The position numbers were made by a program, and so were the translations under genes. A DNA stretch of 64,000 bases. Source: Styela clava. Lineage: Eukaryota. Below, piece by piece: positions 29,001 to 49,100 of this stretch (positions are counted from its first letter, which is position 1; every line of letters starts with the position of its first letter). The DNA is taken from NCBI RefSeq assembly GCF_964204865.1, contig NC_135258.1, forward strand, positions 13,330,001 through 13,394,000, given 5' to 3'. The notes beneath the pieces were generated by a model. It saw nothing but the letters and a program-made list of their open reading frames with translations, was not told the origin of the DNA and made no database searches.

Positions 29001-29698
29001 ATATTAAATCATCATTATCATCTTCAGAGTCTGATGATGAAGACATTTTCCTACCAGAGGTGTCATCAATACTGAAAAAAAAAGCGTTTCAAAATCTTTT
29101 CTTCTGTAATTAAGTTTCGTAACACTAACAGGTAAACTAAATAGCATTGTAAAAAGTAGTTCAGATTAGTTTTCTAAATATGTTAAAAAATTTACCACCA
29201 ATAAATATTGAGTCTGCACCTAATAAGCATGAAAAAAGTGAAAAAAAAATTGAAAAACTTCAAAAGACTAGAAGCTTTCTAACAAAATTGAATCACTCAA
29301 TCATTTTAATAATCAGCAGGTATAAAGTTTACATAATATTCAAATAGCTATATATTAAAGAAAAAATAACTGTTGTTATTTGTTGCACTGCACTGTGGGC
29401 ATTCCAATGCATATTGTTTTCTTCAATAATAATGATATGTTATATTAGTATCAATCTATAATTTAGAACTTACTATTATACAATATACAACTTACTACTT
29501 TGATGAGGAGGCACGTTCTGGTCTGTTTGTTGACTGATTCCCTTCATTTTTCTTCCTAATTTTCAGAGCTGGCATACTTGAAGATCTTAGAAATTTTTTA
29601 TCGCGACTTAAAGATCTGTTCTGTTTTTCCCAATTTTGGGTCGCACTCCTATGTAAAGTATGAAGAGAAATCTTGCGAATTTCTGCTAAACTTGGCAT
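11100..29698 (-). CDS. WD40-repeat protein, WDR87/WDR97-like, ~1125 aa, 22 coding exons
   Basis: Exons (5' to 3'): 29698-29496, 29071-28880, 28070-27896, 27237-27050, 26570-26418, 26348-26202, 25580-25403, 24804-24681, 23224-23035, 22534-22382, 21900-21781, 21282-21105, 20415-20168, 17969-17767, 16859-16690, 16195-16048, 15749-15610, 13907-13786, 13252-13117, 12005-11919, 11283-11188, 11126-11100. Phases are consistent (3378 nt). WD repeats: AHSAALTC..LLTGSVDCEVKVWG, GHSRPVTS..SSSMDGTIKVWS, SADGFIKIWD. FNPVTDELISSGVAGTVVW and EDGSVRLFS resemble WDR87/WDR97. The C-terminal exons are less certain. Confidence 0.8.
11617..11829. mobile_element. Degenerate Tc1/mariner-like MITE; second partial copy at ~9394-9510
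   Basis: TA-flanked imperfect TIRs CATGGCGACTCAAAA..CAGAACTCA / TGAATTCTG..TGGGTCACTCTG. About 110 bp are similar to 9394-9510 in the GPCR 3' region. Confidence 0.55.
12469..13103. mobile_element. Non-autonomous piggyBac element
   Basis: TTAA TSDs at 12465-12468 and 13104-13107. 13-bp TIRs CCCTTTCCATGCG / CGCACGGAAAGGG (1 mismatch). No transposase ORF. Confidence 0.9.
19732..19963. mobile_element. TTAGGG-containing MITE family copy (older)
   Basis: Similar along its length to 47670-47905 in the opposite orientation. GG..CC ends with degenerate 8-bp flanks CATTAATT / CAAAAATT. Confidence 0.8.
20742..21072 (+). mobile_element. tRNA-derived SINE-like element
   Basis: B-box-like GGTTCGAATAC at ~20812, a GC-richer body and a (TCCTA)2 tail. 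A diverged relative may lie at ~13550-13710. Confidence 0.55.
25151..25348. mobile_element. Variant of the TTAGGG-containing MITE family
   Basis: Shares GTACCAGGTTTGGGTTAGGTCATAATTTTATT..TTCCTTATTTTAGTTCTATTACGAGTTCG with the 19732 copy. The right half is different. Confidence 0.7.
27570..27687. mobile_element. Terminal fragment of a Tc2/pogo-like (CCGTA-terminus) element
   Basis: GC-rich island with repeated TATTCAA..GGCCC motifs, ending ATATACGG-TA. The other end was not found. Confidence 0.4.
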
Positions 29699-30907
29699 TC
29701 TTTTTTATCATGAACCATCCCATTTGATATTGAATTGTAGTGTTGCTTAATCACAATGTTTCAAAATATATTCAAAAATGTTACATCTTCAATTGTAGCA
29801 TATTATACAACACACTGCATCCTAAAATAATATATCTATAATATAGCAACTACAAATATGCTTTAAATAAAAATTCAAGTCTGTTTAAAATAAATTCCAA
29901 AAAACAAAGCTTGTAGAAATGAATGTAAAAGATCAAATGAACTCAATGATAACAAAGGATTATCTTAGACATCATTTGTGATGAAATTAACATATTAAAA
30001 CTTTAGTATTTAGAGTCAATATTTCATTTTTTTGCACAAAACGACATAGGAGTTACCAGAAACCAGATTAATTTGCCCTTGCCAGATTCTGGAATAAAAT
30101 GTCATCGCCAGATAGCAGCATATCAATATGCAGTCATAACAACCAGAAATTTCCAAGTGATCTAAGAAGTTAAAAACATTTAACTGCCATCTTATATATG
30201 CTACACATTACAACACACACAAATTTTAAAACATTTGTGAAAAAAATAGATTTGTGTCCTAAAATTTCTCAGCACCCATCGAACTCAAGTGAAACCATGT
30301 TATCTTTTATCTTCAGCACCTTTTCATCTAATTTCCAATCACTGAGTAAAAAACATAGTTCATAGTACTTATGTTAACTAAAATTTTTCATAGTAAATTG
30401 ATGCTAGTAGTGATAATGTTACTGATAGGAAGCATGTTGTTGCTCACAAACAATAGCAACCTCCATTGTTTTACATTTAAGCCTTCTTAGAGACATATGT
30501 GGTTGTTTTTGTTTATTATTCTCGATTTCTCATTGAAAATAAAACCATTGACTGAATAATGTGAATTGGTTTGATACTCGATACATCATAAAACAATGAA
30601 AAATCTTTGTTTCACTAAAACATTATTGGAACAATACAACTTGTTTACTATAAATCATGTAAACATTGGAAAGAGGCACATATGGTATTTTCTGTTATAT
30701 TAATTCATTTGATATGCAGATTCTCAATAGAGACCTGAAAAGAATTATGAACTGACAAGATGCTATGCTATTAATTTAATTACCTTTAATAACAAAATTG
30801 CTCTCAGAGGTGATATTTTTTCATGCACTGGACAAATTTTTAGGGATATAAGTTTCGGACATTTCATTTCTGATGTTTATGCCCATCATATTGGAACTTA
30901 AGTCTAT

Positions 30908-31130
30908 CTTTTTTCAATATATTGGGGTTTTGAGCCATGCTCTACAAGATGGTGGTCTTGAAATCCTGAATTTCTCAATAATAAAAATTTTAGCTGGACT
31001 TAGGCCCATTCTATTCTTAAATATTTTAGTCCAGCTAAAACTTTTATTATTGAGGAATTCAGTATTTCAAGACCACCCCACCTTGCTGCCTTGTAGAGCA
31101 TGGCTCAAAACCCCAAAATATTAAAAAAAG
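30908..31130. repeat. Long inverted repeat (fold-back), ~95-bp arms, ~27-nt loop
   Basis: 30908-31001 is the reverse complement of 31028-31130 with a few mismatches and one ~10-nt indel. Confidence 0.9.
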
Positions 31131-32263
31131 TCAATTTTCCAAAAATGTGATTTAGGCCCCTTCTGTTCTCATCCGGCGATGTATGCTTTTTTAATCAGAA
31201 CAAGTCTTAGACCAAACATCTGCTGCTACTATAGTTTAGAAGTACCTGAATCTTTCTGGCATTGCCTACATAATTTATTACACTTGGGGTCAGGCAGTGG
31301 GCATGGGATTTGAACTAGATATTTTAACATGGGATGCAGTCATAATTGAAATCAACATTTAAAAACTGCTAGGACATATCGACCACAATGACAAGTGCTT
31401 ATCTCAAATTGAAAATTTTACTGATTTTCATGTGAAAGCAAGCCAATAAACTGTCTATACAGTTTGTTCATCATGCAGTAGTTAAGACTAGAGTGGTCCT
31501 GTACAAAAACATGAGACTGGGTAAAAAAAATCTCACAATCACAACATATTTTCAAATGGACAAAACCCTGTAATTTTTTTGAAAAATATATATCAAGCCA
31601 TATTAGAGCAGTAGAAACATTTGATAAAATTCATGTTATGTGGTTAGGTTTTATACAGTTTTTAGTTTTGCCCAACGAAGCATTTTTAATAAAATAATGT
31701 GATTTATTGAAGATAATTTTTATTAAAACACAATGGTGAAAAAGGGACAATTAGTACTGGCAGTGTCTGTGTGCCCTTAGTCTTAGGATGAATTCAGATA
31801 TCATGGGACATAAGAGTGTTCAGATCCAAATTTTTAAACTTTTAGATTTGAACTTTCAAATAAAGAATCAAAATTCACATCCAAATAGCTTGCAACTCTA
31901 GAATCCTAGGCAAATTATAGTAAAATATATAACATTCAAAATTATACATGTCCTTCTTGTTAATAGATGAAGGAATGGCTTTTCATATTCGCCTTTTCAA
32001 ATTGATCTGGACATGAAGATAAAAGTGGATTGTCTAACTTCTGAGATTTAATTCCAAAAATATATATTATAAGTATACGTTTATTTCGACTTCATAATCA
32101 GCAATAGACGATAAAATATTTGATATAAACAATTAAATATAACTGACTATAGAATCGGGAAAGCAAACGAAACCTCAAGTAAGGTTTAAAGCATACAGAT
32201 TTTAGGTGGGAAAGTATTGATAAAAGAAGTAGTACGTGTTCGCTCACCCAAAAGTATTAAAAC

Positions 32264-32748
32264 TAGGGTGACCATACATCCTCCTTTTTCGTTAAAAAAT
32301 TTGCGTCCTCCGAGGACGCTCTAAAATGTCAACGATGGATGACTATCCCCGAAGCAGCAAAAATTTGCACAGAGCTGATTCATTGTGGCTGCAGGAAAGG
32401 TTGAGCTACTCACTGCAAATGTTTCCGTGCTAATTTAGCATGTACACCACTATGTTTCATTACGCCAATATATCCAGTTTTCCGATATTGAAAAAAATAA
32501 CCCAGCAATGTTGACGATGATGCCAATGGAACTGCCAAATACTCATGGTCTAAGAGCAAATCAATTGATTGTCCTGCATATTTTTTAGTACAACAAATAT
32601 GCGTTATTTCGTTGTCGTCACTTCGTCTATTGTCACTTCTATATTTAATGTTAAGGAATTCAGTAGATTTATATCTCATGCACAGATGAAATGTAGTTCT
32701 ACCAAACAATGTGTCCTCCTTTTAGGGTTTAGAAATATGGTCACCCTA
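32264..32748. mobile_element. hAT MITE (Blackjack-like termini) carrying a foreign Cys-rich coding fragment
   Basis: Perfect 13-bp TIR TAGGGTGACCATA / TATGGTCACCCTA. Perfect 8-bp TSD ATTAAAAC at 32256-32263 and 32749-32756. Subterminal (G)TCCTCCTTTT motifs. Confidence 0.92.
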
Positions 32749-33148
32749 ATTAAAACTAATTGAGGCACGCACGCACACACATCAATCATTGAGACTGAGA
32801 TATTCTATCTACAATAGTCTTAATGGAAATGAATTTCCCCATCTTTCATTCAATATTATGAACGATAGAAATAATGATTTAAGTGGCAAAAGCCTATTGG
32901 ACTGTGGCCAAATTAAATGAATTGATGACCAAGTATTAGAAATATTTAGTTCACCTATAACTCAAAATCAAGGATACTGGACTAGGTTGTAGTTAGGGAA
33001 ATTCCAATAATTGGTATTACCAATGTTTAGCCTAGACATAATGTGATGCTATAGTATGGAATCATTAATTACTGAATTATGTGAGACTATACTCATTTGA
33101 AGTAACAATTGGTGTTCAAAAGGTCATTTGAATTCTAAAACATTCACC

Positions 33149-33330
33149 AATCAATCAATCAATTTTGTTCGGTCACTCTGATACAAATAAAAAACAAAAC
33201 AACAACAAAGGGCAAACAAAATACAGAGGACCTGGAGGACGGGCATAACTTAATAATAAAGTTAGGTACGTACAAGTACGTGCCTGTCCCCCAAAAACAG
33301 TCAAAACACAATAAACCAAAAACACAATGT
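33149..33330 (-). mobile_element. 3' end of a non-LTR retroelement with (TTGA)n tail
   Basis: Alignable with 43148-43330. Both copies end in TGATTGATTGA on the minus strand. Confidence 0.6.
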
Positions 33331-34855
33331 GACATCAAGTTTATAGGGTCATATTTAACCATGAATCTCATGTGAGCTAACTGTAATTTATCTGACAATA
33401 TGTGACTGTGAAGATTTCTGAATGCAGAGGATGTCGATGTAGAATGGAGTCTAACGAAGTACAAGCCGCGTTATTTTAAGAAGTTACCCCGTTTACTTGC
33501 TAAACCAGTGGTCCGTGGAATGTGCACAACAGACATTGGCTTTGAACTTAGGTGGCCTTGCGTCCGTATAGCTCCCTGCAGTCTAATTTTAAAAAAAATT
33601 CTCTTTTCTTCTTCATTGTGACGATTCACAAAATATCAGACATAATATAATAAAAATAAACAAACAATCGTAAGAAAGGTGAGAAATCGCGTATTTTAGA
33701 ACCAAAAGCATCCATCGCCAAGCACGCTGTCATGCTTCGCTGGTCTCAGGTAACAACAATTCGACATCGCGTGGTAGATCATAACGCAAGAGGAAAGAGA
33801 CCAGAGCCGTTATATAATGGCTCTGGAGAGACCGTGGTATTTATAAAAAAATACATTTTTATATGGAAATCATGGTTTATATAGTTATTGTGTTATAATT
33901 ATGTATTATACTTACCATCGTAAAAGTAGGCGTTATAGATAAAATATATCATATTCACTTCCAAAGTGAGCACTACTCTGAGGAGCTGCTTTGTAAAGTT
34001 GAGATTTTAAGTAATGACTATACAACTTTACTAGAGGACCATACCTGACACTGAATCATACATATATCGAGTAAGACACCACAACCTTGTACGAATTCAG
34101 GCGAGATTTTTCCTATTATAGAAACCTTTTACTATGACAGCATACAATGCCACAAACATCTATCTCACCTTTCAGAATAAGAAACATCTTAGGATATCGC
34201 TGCTTGACGACTGACGCAGCAAGTCGAATGGTCCCCCCCCAAAATACGTTAATCATCATCACCACAGCCAACAGATATTTAGCATCATCTAGTTACGAGT
34301 CACTCTATCGCCGCATTCCCTGTTTTATGGACAACTAATACCAACACACATCTCAGCGAATGCCTCTAAAAATTTAATTGCCCTAGTGTATAAAGGATAT
34401 CGCAAATAGTTGTCAGAACATTACACCATTGAAACCACCACAAACTTACTTCACTTCCTCCCAATGCTTACACTTATCAGTAACCTCCAAAAACAAGTTC
34501 ACATAAAATGTATATATATAATAAAGGTGTACTTTTTCTATGGTAAGAAGAACAGATGACACTACAAGCGATTTAACACAGAAAATATAAGCACTTCTCG
34601 GTGCCAAACATCCCAGAGCACAATTATAAGATGAAAGTATTCAAGTCAATATTTTTCAAAAACATGATCAGAGATTAGCAAGAAAAAAGATGTAGTACGG
34701 AATTTTACCAGACAGTTTTAACAGTGAGGAGAAGAAGTTAGAAAAGATGTCTCGGAACTTGGTATAGTATGCTACTACTAACACAGCAACTTGTACTGAA
34801 TTATAGTTTGGCAAGATATCAACTATGTAATAAATTAGGAATTTTTTTGTCAACA

Positions 34856-43852
<8,997 letters not shown>

Positions 43853-45080
43853 GGTGCATATAATTCAAAGCGTTGGCTCTTGTGAATGAAGACACATGTC
43901 AAGCCACATCACATATTCATAATGTGCTGCAGCAGGGGGGCGCTAGCAAATTAATAAAATTTTTGTTTGTTTGCCTCTGCCACCCGTGATGCCTTTGTTA
44001 TCCTATGTCTGTATGTGATATTGTCAGATTGTTGTTATATTGTTGATGTGGTATTGTTAATATAATGTAAATGATATTTCACATAAATGAATGATCAAAC
44101 AAATGGATGTCGCATTGGATGAACTACAATATGGAACATATAATTGCTGGACTTATTCATGATTACCGTAATACAATGGAATATGGAACATGAACTAAAT
44201 GATGCAACGACATCATGATGCATATTTGGAATCATGAATGGACTACCATTGAATTCAAATGAACTTGATATTGAAATTAATCTAATTGTTAAAAAAAAAA
44301 AAAAAAGGTATTGTTGCCTATGGTGATACGGACATACCAGGCAAGCTGTAAAGATGTATACCGGTATACATTTTTTAATTAATATAAAGAAAGAATATAT
44401 CATACTGACATAATTTGTAAGTAGAAATATTAGATTAGATCATACTGTAATATGATAACAGTCAAGCCACATTTATTTTAACGATTACCGTATCACACAT
44501 AAATACCAGAATACGGTGGTAGTGTGTACCGGTATGCATATTTACTTGAATAAAAATAAATCTGTGTTTCGCCCCGAAAAAAAAGTGAGTAAAAAAGTGA
44601 AACGATATATTCAGTTTAGTGAATATGCTCTTACCAGTGTTGTTTTTTTATATTAAACACTGCGGAAGCATGCAAATTTTTACTTCTGCTATGTAATTTT
44701 TTATTTTTTTATTTAATAAGATGCGCCAAAAACAGAATAACCATCAACAATACCATTAATTATTAAGAATATTTTAGTTTTCCTTATTTTTAACAAATTC
44801 AGAAATTACTGGATCCAGTCAGGTAATCAGACTCAATTGAAAGTTTTTTAGGAGAGAAAAAAATCTTAATTCCACAAAACTTCCCATTTAATATATATTG
44901 TCTTTTGTTTTTTCCTTCATAACCATTTTAAACTTTGTCGTGATTGTTCACATAGTCTAACATTCAATTGATTGGCCAAATTTAGATGCCATCACATTTA
45001 CTATATACAGATATACTGCATGACTGACACAAAATAAAAGCAATCTGTGTTTATTTACATTCAAATGAGTTAATACATCA

Positions 45081-45707
45081 ATGGCATCAGAATCTGAACC
45101 CTTTAGCCGTTTGGCAAAAACATACGACCCTGTCAAGTGTGGAAATATTGATGGCATCGGAAAGGATATTCATGATAGAGGAATATGGCGAGCTATGAAT
45201 TCAAAATATCGACCAAACAAGGGTGTCAAAGGAGATAAACATTGTACATTATTTATCGGACGACTAAATTTAAAAACAACTGAAAGCAAGCTCCATGAAA
45301 TTTTTTCCAAGTATGGAAATATCAAAAATTTAACAGTTATAAAGGACTTGGTTACTGGATATTCAAAAGGATATGCCTTTATAGAATACGAAAGTAGCAA
45401 ATCAACTGAAAAGGCTCATCATCGCGCAAATAACTTGGAAATAGATGGATGTAATATAGTGGTTGAATATGAAATGGAACGACTTCTTCCTGGTTGGATA
45501 CCTCGTAGATTAGGTGGCGGTTTCGGTGGTAAAAAAGAATCAGGACAATTGCGATTTGGAGGACGTGATAGACCATTTAGTAAACCTATTTCTCTCAAAA
45601 GCAATGAAAGACATTTTCCAAAGCATAGATCTAGTAGAGATCGTCACTCTGAACATAAAGAGAAATCATCAAAATATTATGACAGACATAGATCTCATCG
45701 AAGATAA
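45081..45707 (+). CDS. SNRNP35: U11/U12 snRNP 35 kDa protein
   Basis: 208-aa ORF: YDPVKCGNIDG..HDRGIWRAM..YRPNKGVKGD, an RRM (TLFIGRLN; SKGYAFIEY), LPGWIPRRLGGGFGGKKESGQLRFGGRDRPF, and an Arg/Ser/His-rich tail. Confidence 0.97.
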   Translation: MASESEPFSRLAKTYDPVKCGNIDGIGKDIHDRGIWRAMNSKYRPNKGVKGDKHCTLFIGRLNLKTTESKLHEIFSKYGNIKNLTVIKDLVTGYSKGYAFIEYESSKSTEKAHHRANNLEIDGCNIVVEYEMERLLPGWIPRRLGGGFGGKKESGQLRFGGRDRPFSKPISLKSNERHFPKHRSSRDRHSEHKEKSSKYYDRHRSHRR

Positions 45708-45795
45708 TTGACGCCTTATTCCATGATATTTGCATTTTGTTTCTAAATGAATGGCAATAGCCTGGTCCATATTTGTACAATTTTGCATTCTGATG

Positions 45796-45817
45796 TTTTT
45801 TACTAATATTCATTTAG
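45796..45817 (+). promoter_or_regulatory. Strong splice acceptor with branch-point-like TACTAAT just downstream of SNRNP35 (candidate trans-splice site)
   Basis: TTTTTTACTAATATTCATTTAG|G. It is followed by donor GG|GTAAGT at ~45893 and acceptor CCTTACAG at 46070, which lead to the ATG at 46144. Confidence 0.55.
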
Positions 45818-46143
45818 GTTTTGTCCAATTTAGATAGGCGAATGGTGACTTTTTATCTGTGGAATTTTTACTGTTTAATTTAAGTTATCTGGGTAAGTAT
45901 CCAGAAGAAAAATTTTCGATACTACTGGATTTTGTCTAAGCTGAATTCTCCGAAAATCATCCAGAAATTTTTTATTGGGATTATTCTATCCATATTCCCA
46001 TATTTTAATTTGTGCAATAGCTGTTCCCCTACACAGTGATTTACAAAAATGATCATTTTTATCCTTACAGTTTTATTCTAAGTCAAATTGTATGATATAT
46101 AGTGGGATTGGTAGAAGATTATTTCATTTGAATGAAATTGATA

Positions 46144-49100
46144 ATGCCTAAAAAAGTTTTCACTTGTGCTGGACTGATAGTTTTCTTCATAACTGGTAAG
46201 TTGATCAAAACAACATTTTCTTTCACCAGTCGTAGTGTTAGAAATTGATTATTTTTTGAGATATTTTATAAAGAAATGCAACATTTTTTTCTTTGTTTAT
46301 TAAAGTGTTAAATTTTTAGTGTGACTAAAAATGCCTTTTTCTAATGACTTTATCATTCATTCGAATCACTTCACTCATGTTTCTCTGAATTTTTTAGCTA
46401 TTGTAATCTGATGTGGAGAAAAATCACAAAATAATGAACTATCTAATATTTGACATATTATATAATGGTTACCTTATGTTGTTCTGTTTAATACTAGATT
46501 ATAATAGTAGTACATAAAATATGTATTTTAGCAGTTTTTCTTGTTCTTAACAGGTACATATTTGGCTACAAGACATACAGAGTCAGATTATCTAAGGTTC
46601 GTTTTTTTGTTTGTTAAATTATATCTCATTATAATGGGCAATTGTTTGTTCAGCTACCATAAGTTACCCATATATTTTTTAAAATTAAATGAATTTAAGT
46701 GTTAAACGCTCTCTAAAGTTCGTACAAATAAAGTTCTAAGATAGGTAAAGATGCTATTGTGGAGTCAACGTCATTGACATGATTTTATGACAAGGACAAC
46801 AAAATTTAGGTAGTTCGAGTTTAGGAGGTAGGAATACCATATAAATAAGGAAATTATGGTGAATTCGCCATAAAATGTATATATTTTTTTGAGTTTTATA
46901 TACCAGGTAAACATCTCCTATTCGACTGACTTTAATATAAAATAAGGTAATGGGCCGAACATTGTACTTTTTGAATAGATACGTATCATACAGCTGTGGC
47001 TGAATACAATATTTTTTTATGAAATGAATCTGTTAATTTTCAGGATCATAAAATCTACAAATAACGTTCAAAATGAAACAGAGCCGAGCTCTGGGAAGAT
47101 TACTAAGGAGGGGAAAGCTGAATCAACATTGGATTCAAAAGCTAAATCTGAATCATCTCTACCTGGCAAATCAAAAATTTCAGTGACTCTTAATGCAAAC
47201 AACACAAAACTATCGATTGATAATACCACTCATAATGTTACACAGAATACAAGTTCTTTCACAACAGTGGCAACAAAAACATCAAATATTTCAGCAATCA
47301 ATGCAACTACACATACTTCTGTAAACATGACACATTCTACGATTGTTACCATCACCCCAAATCCAACTTCAAACACAACAAGTGCAGTCGTTGCTTCACA
47401 TACTACACCATCAACTTCTATTGCTAAAAATGCTTCTATCAATGCTACAACACAGCCTAATGCTGCAGCCGCCACAGAAAGTTCAGTTCAATCAACGACA
47501 GGTTCTCATCAAACACAAAGGGGTAATTTATTATTGGTTTATATTTGGCATGTTCTATGGCATATTCTATGATAATTGCAGACATTGGTAAACTACTACC
47601 CTTGGGCTAAATCCGGCCCAGGCAATGTGGCTACAACCCTTACATGGCCCGCCGATTAAATATAAAAAGGGGGCTCCCGAAGTATGCGAACCAAGATGGC
47701 GGACATCGGAATGTAATATGTGTACTAGGTTAGGGTTAGGCCATAATTTTAGGTATAAATACTACGGGAGGCTCTTGGCTAGTCTTCGAACTGATAATAG
47801 GACTAAAATAAGGAAAATTGGAAAAAAATTATCGCCTAACCCTAACCTGTTACCCATGTTACGTTCCGATGTCCGCCATCTTGGTTCGCATACTTTGGGA
47901 GCACCATAAAAAGATATGGCATACAACCTGAACCCTAACCTGGTACACACACTATGTTCAGGATGTGCGCCATCTTGGTGCACATACTTATGGAGCTCCA
48001 AATATTTGGTTTGTAATTCAAAAACTTTGCTCACACGTTAAAAATTGGCTTTAGGTATATTTGCACCCAATTGGGAGCAAACCACCCAATATATTCAAGC
48101 TTATATAATATATGTCCACTGAGCAGAGAATTTTGATAGAACTGAATAACCATTGTCTTAGCTTGTATCTATTCTTCACAATTTATTTAGTCCACTGTCA
48201 GTCTGCGTTAATTATATTAGCATACCATAAGAACCAGGGTATGGGTTTCTCCGAAAAAAAAGTTGGTAACTCAAAGGCATAACTTGTATTCAATTACTAT
48301 ACGACCTTATCATTCATCTTGCAGAAGTGACTTCTCCACAACAACTCACAAGTAGTACGGTAAATGGAACACACAATGGCACGGTGAATGGAACGTTGAC
48401 TGGATCTAAACCAAGTATTTATACTTTTTATATTATCTCGTGATTTTGGCGAATGAAGTAAAATTAAGAATACTCTAATCCAGGGGTTCCCAAACTTTAT
48501 TGGCCGCGGGCCAAAATTAGAATTGGAAGGGTGTTCGCGGGCCGGAAGAGCGTAGTGCACTATGATTTAGTCATGACATTTTTTGAAATATGTTTGTTAA
48601 CTCATAGTGGTGCTTCATGACGTATTCCTTCAGAATTGGGATGGTTTGCTGACAAAGAAGACAAATCGCTGAAGTTTGATTCTTTCCAATACAGAAATAC
48701 GAACGCTGCCATTTCTTTATTTAAGATTTAAATAAAATCTGTTTCCAGAGTATAGTTTATGTTTGTTATTTGACATCTCAAGCTTTCTTATATGGTTGAT
48801 ATCTGAATTACTGCCCTATGTTATCCCAATACCTAATACGTATAATTGAGAGACCGGTGTGCATAAACTGTAATAAGGACATAACAATTGGCAGTGTCTA
48901 TAGATCACAAAAAGTAGAAACAAAGTCTGTTGAACACTATTTCACTTAGGCTTGACGGGCCATTTTTAATTGTTATGCGGGCCGGATTTGGCCCGCGGGC
49001 CGCGGTTTGGAACCGCTGCTCTAGTCCAAAATAATTGCTAAACTATTTGTGGCTTTGGAAATGTTCATAAGGAGAATGTGTCATCCAATTTTTAAGCTTT

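Noticed and set aside
34064-34364. Possible minus-strand exon between PCCA and the WD40 gene (AG at 34365, GT at ~34064)
   Set aside because: All three frames contain stops. It could be non-coding or a repeat, but there is too little evidence to call.
43929-43945. CTCF-like motif GCAGCAGGGGGGCGCTA upstream of PCCA
   Set aside because: An extra G breaks the core spacing, and one imperfect motif cannot be supported from sequence alone.
47728-47848. Interstitial telomere
   Set aside because: Only about two TTAGGG units per arm, embedded in MITE TIRs.
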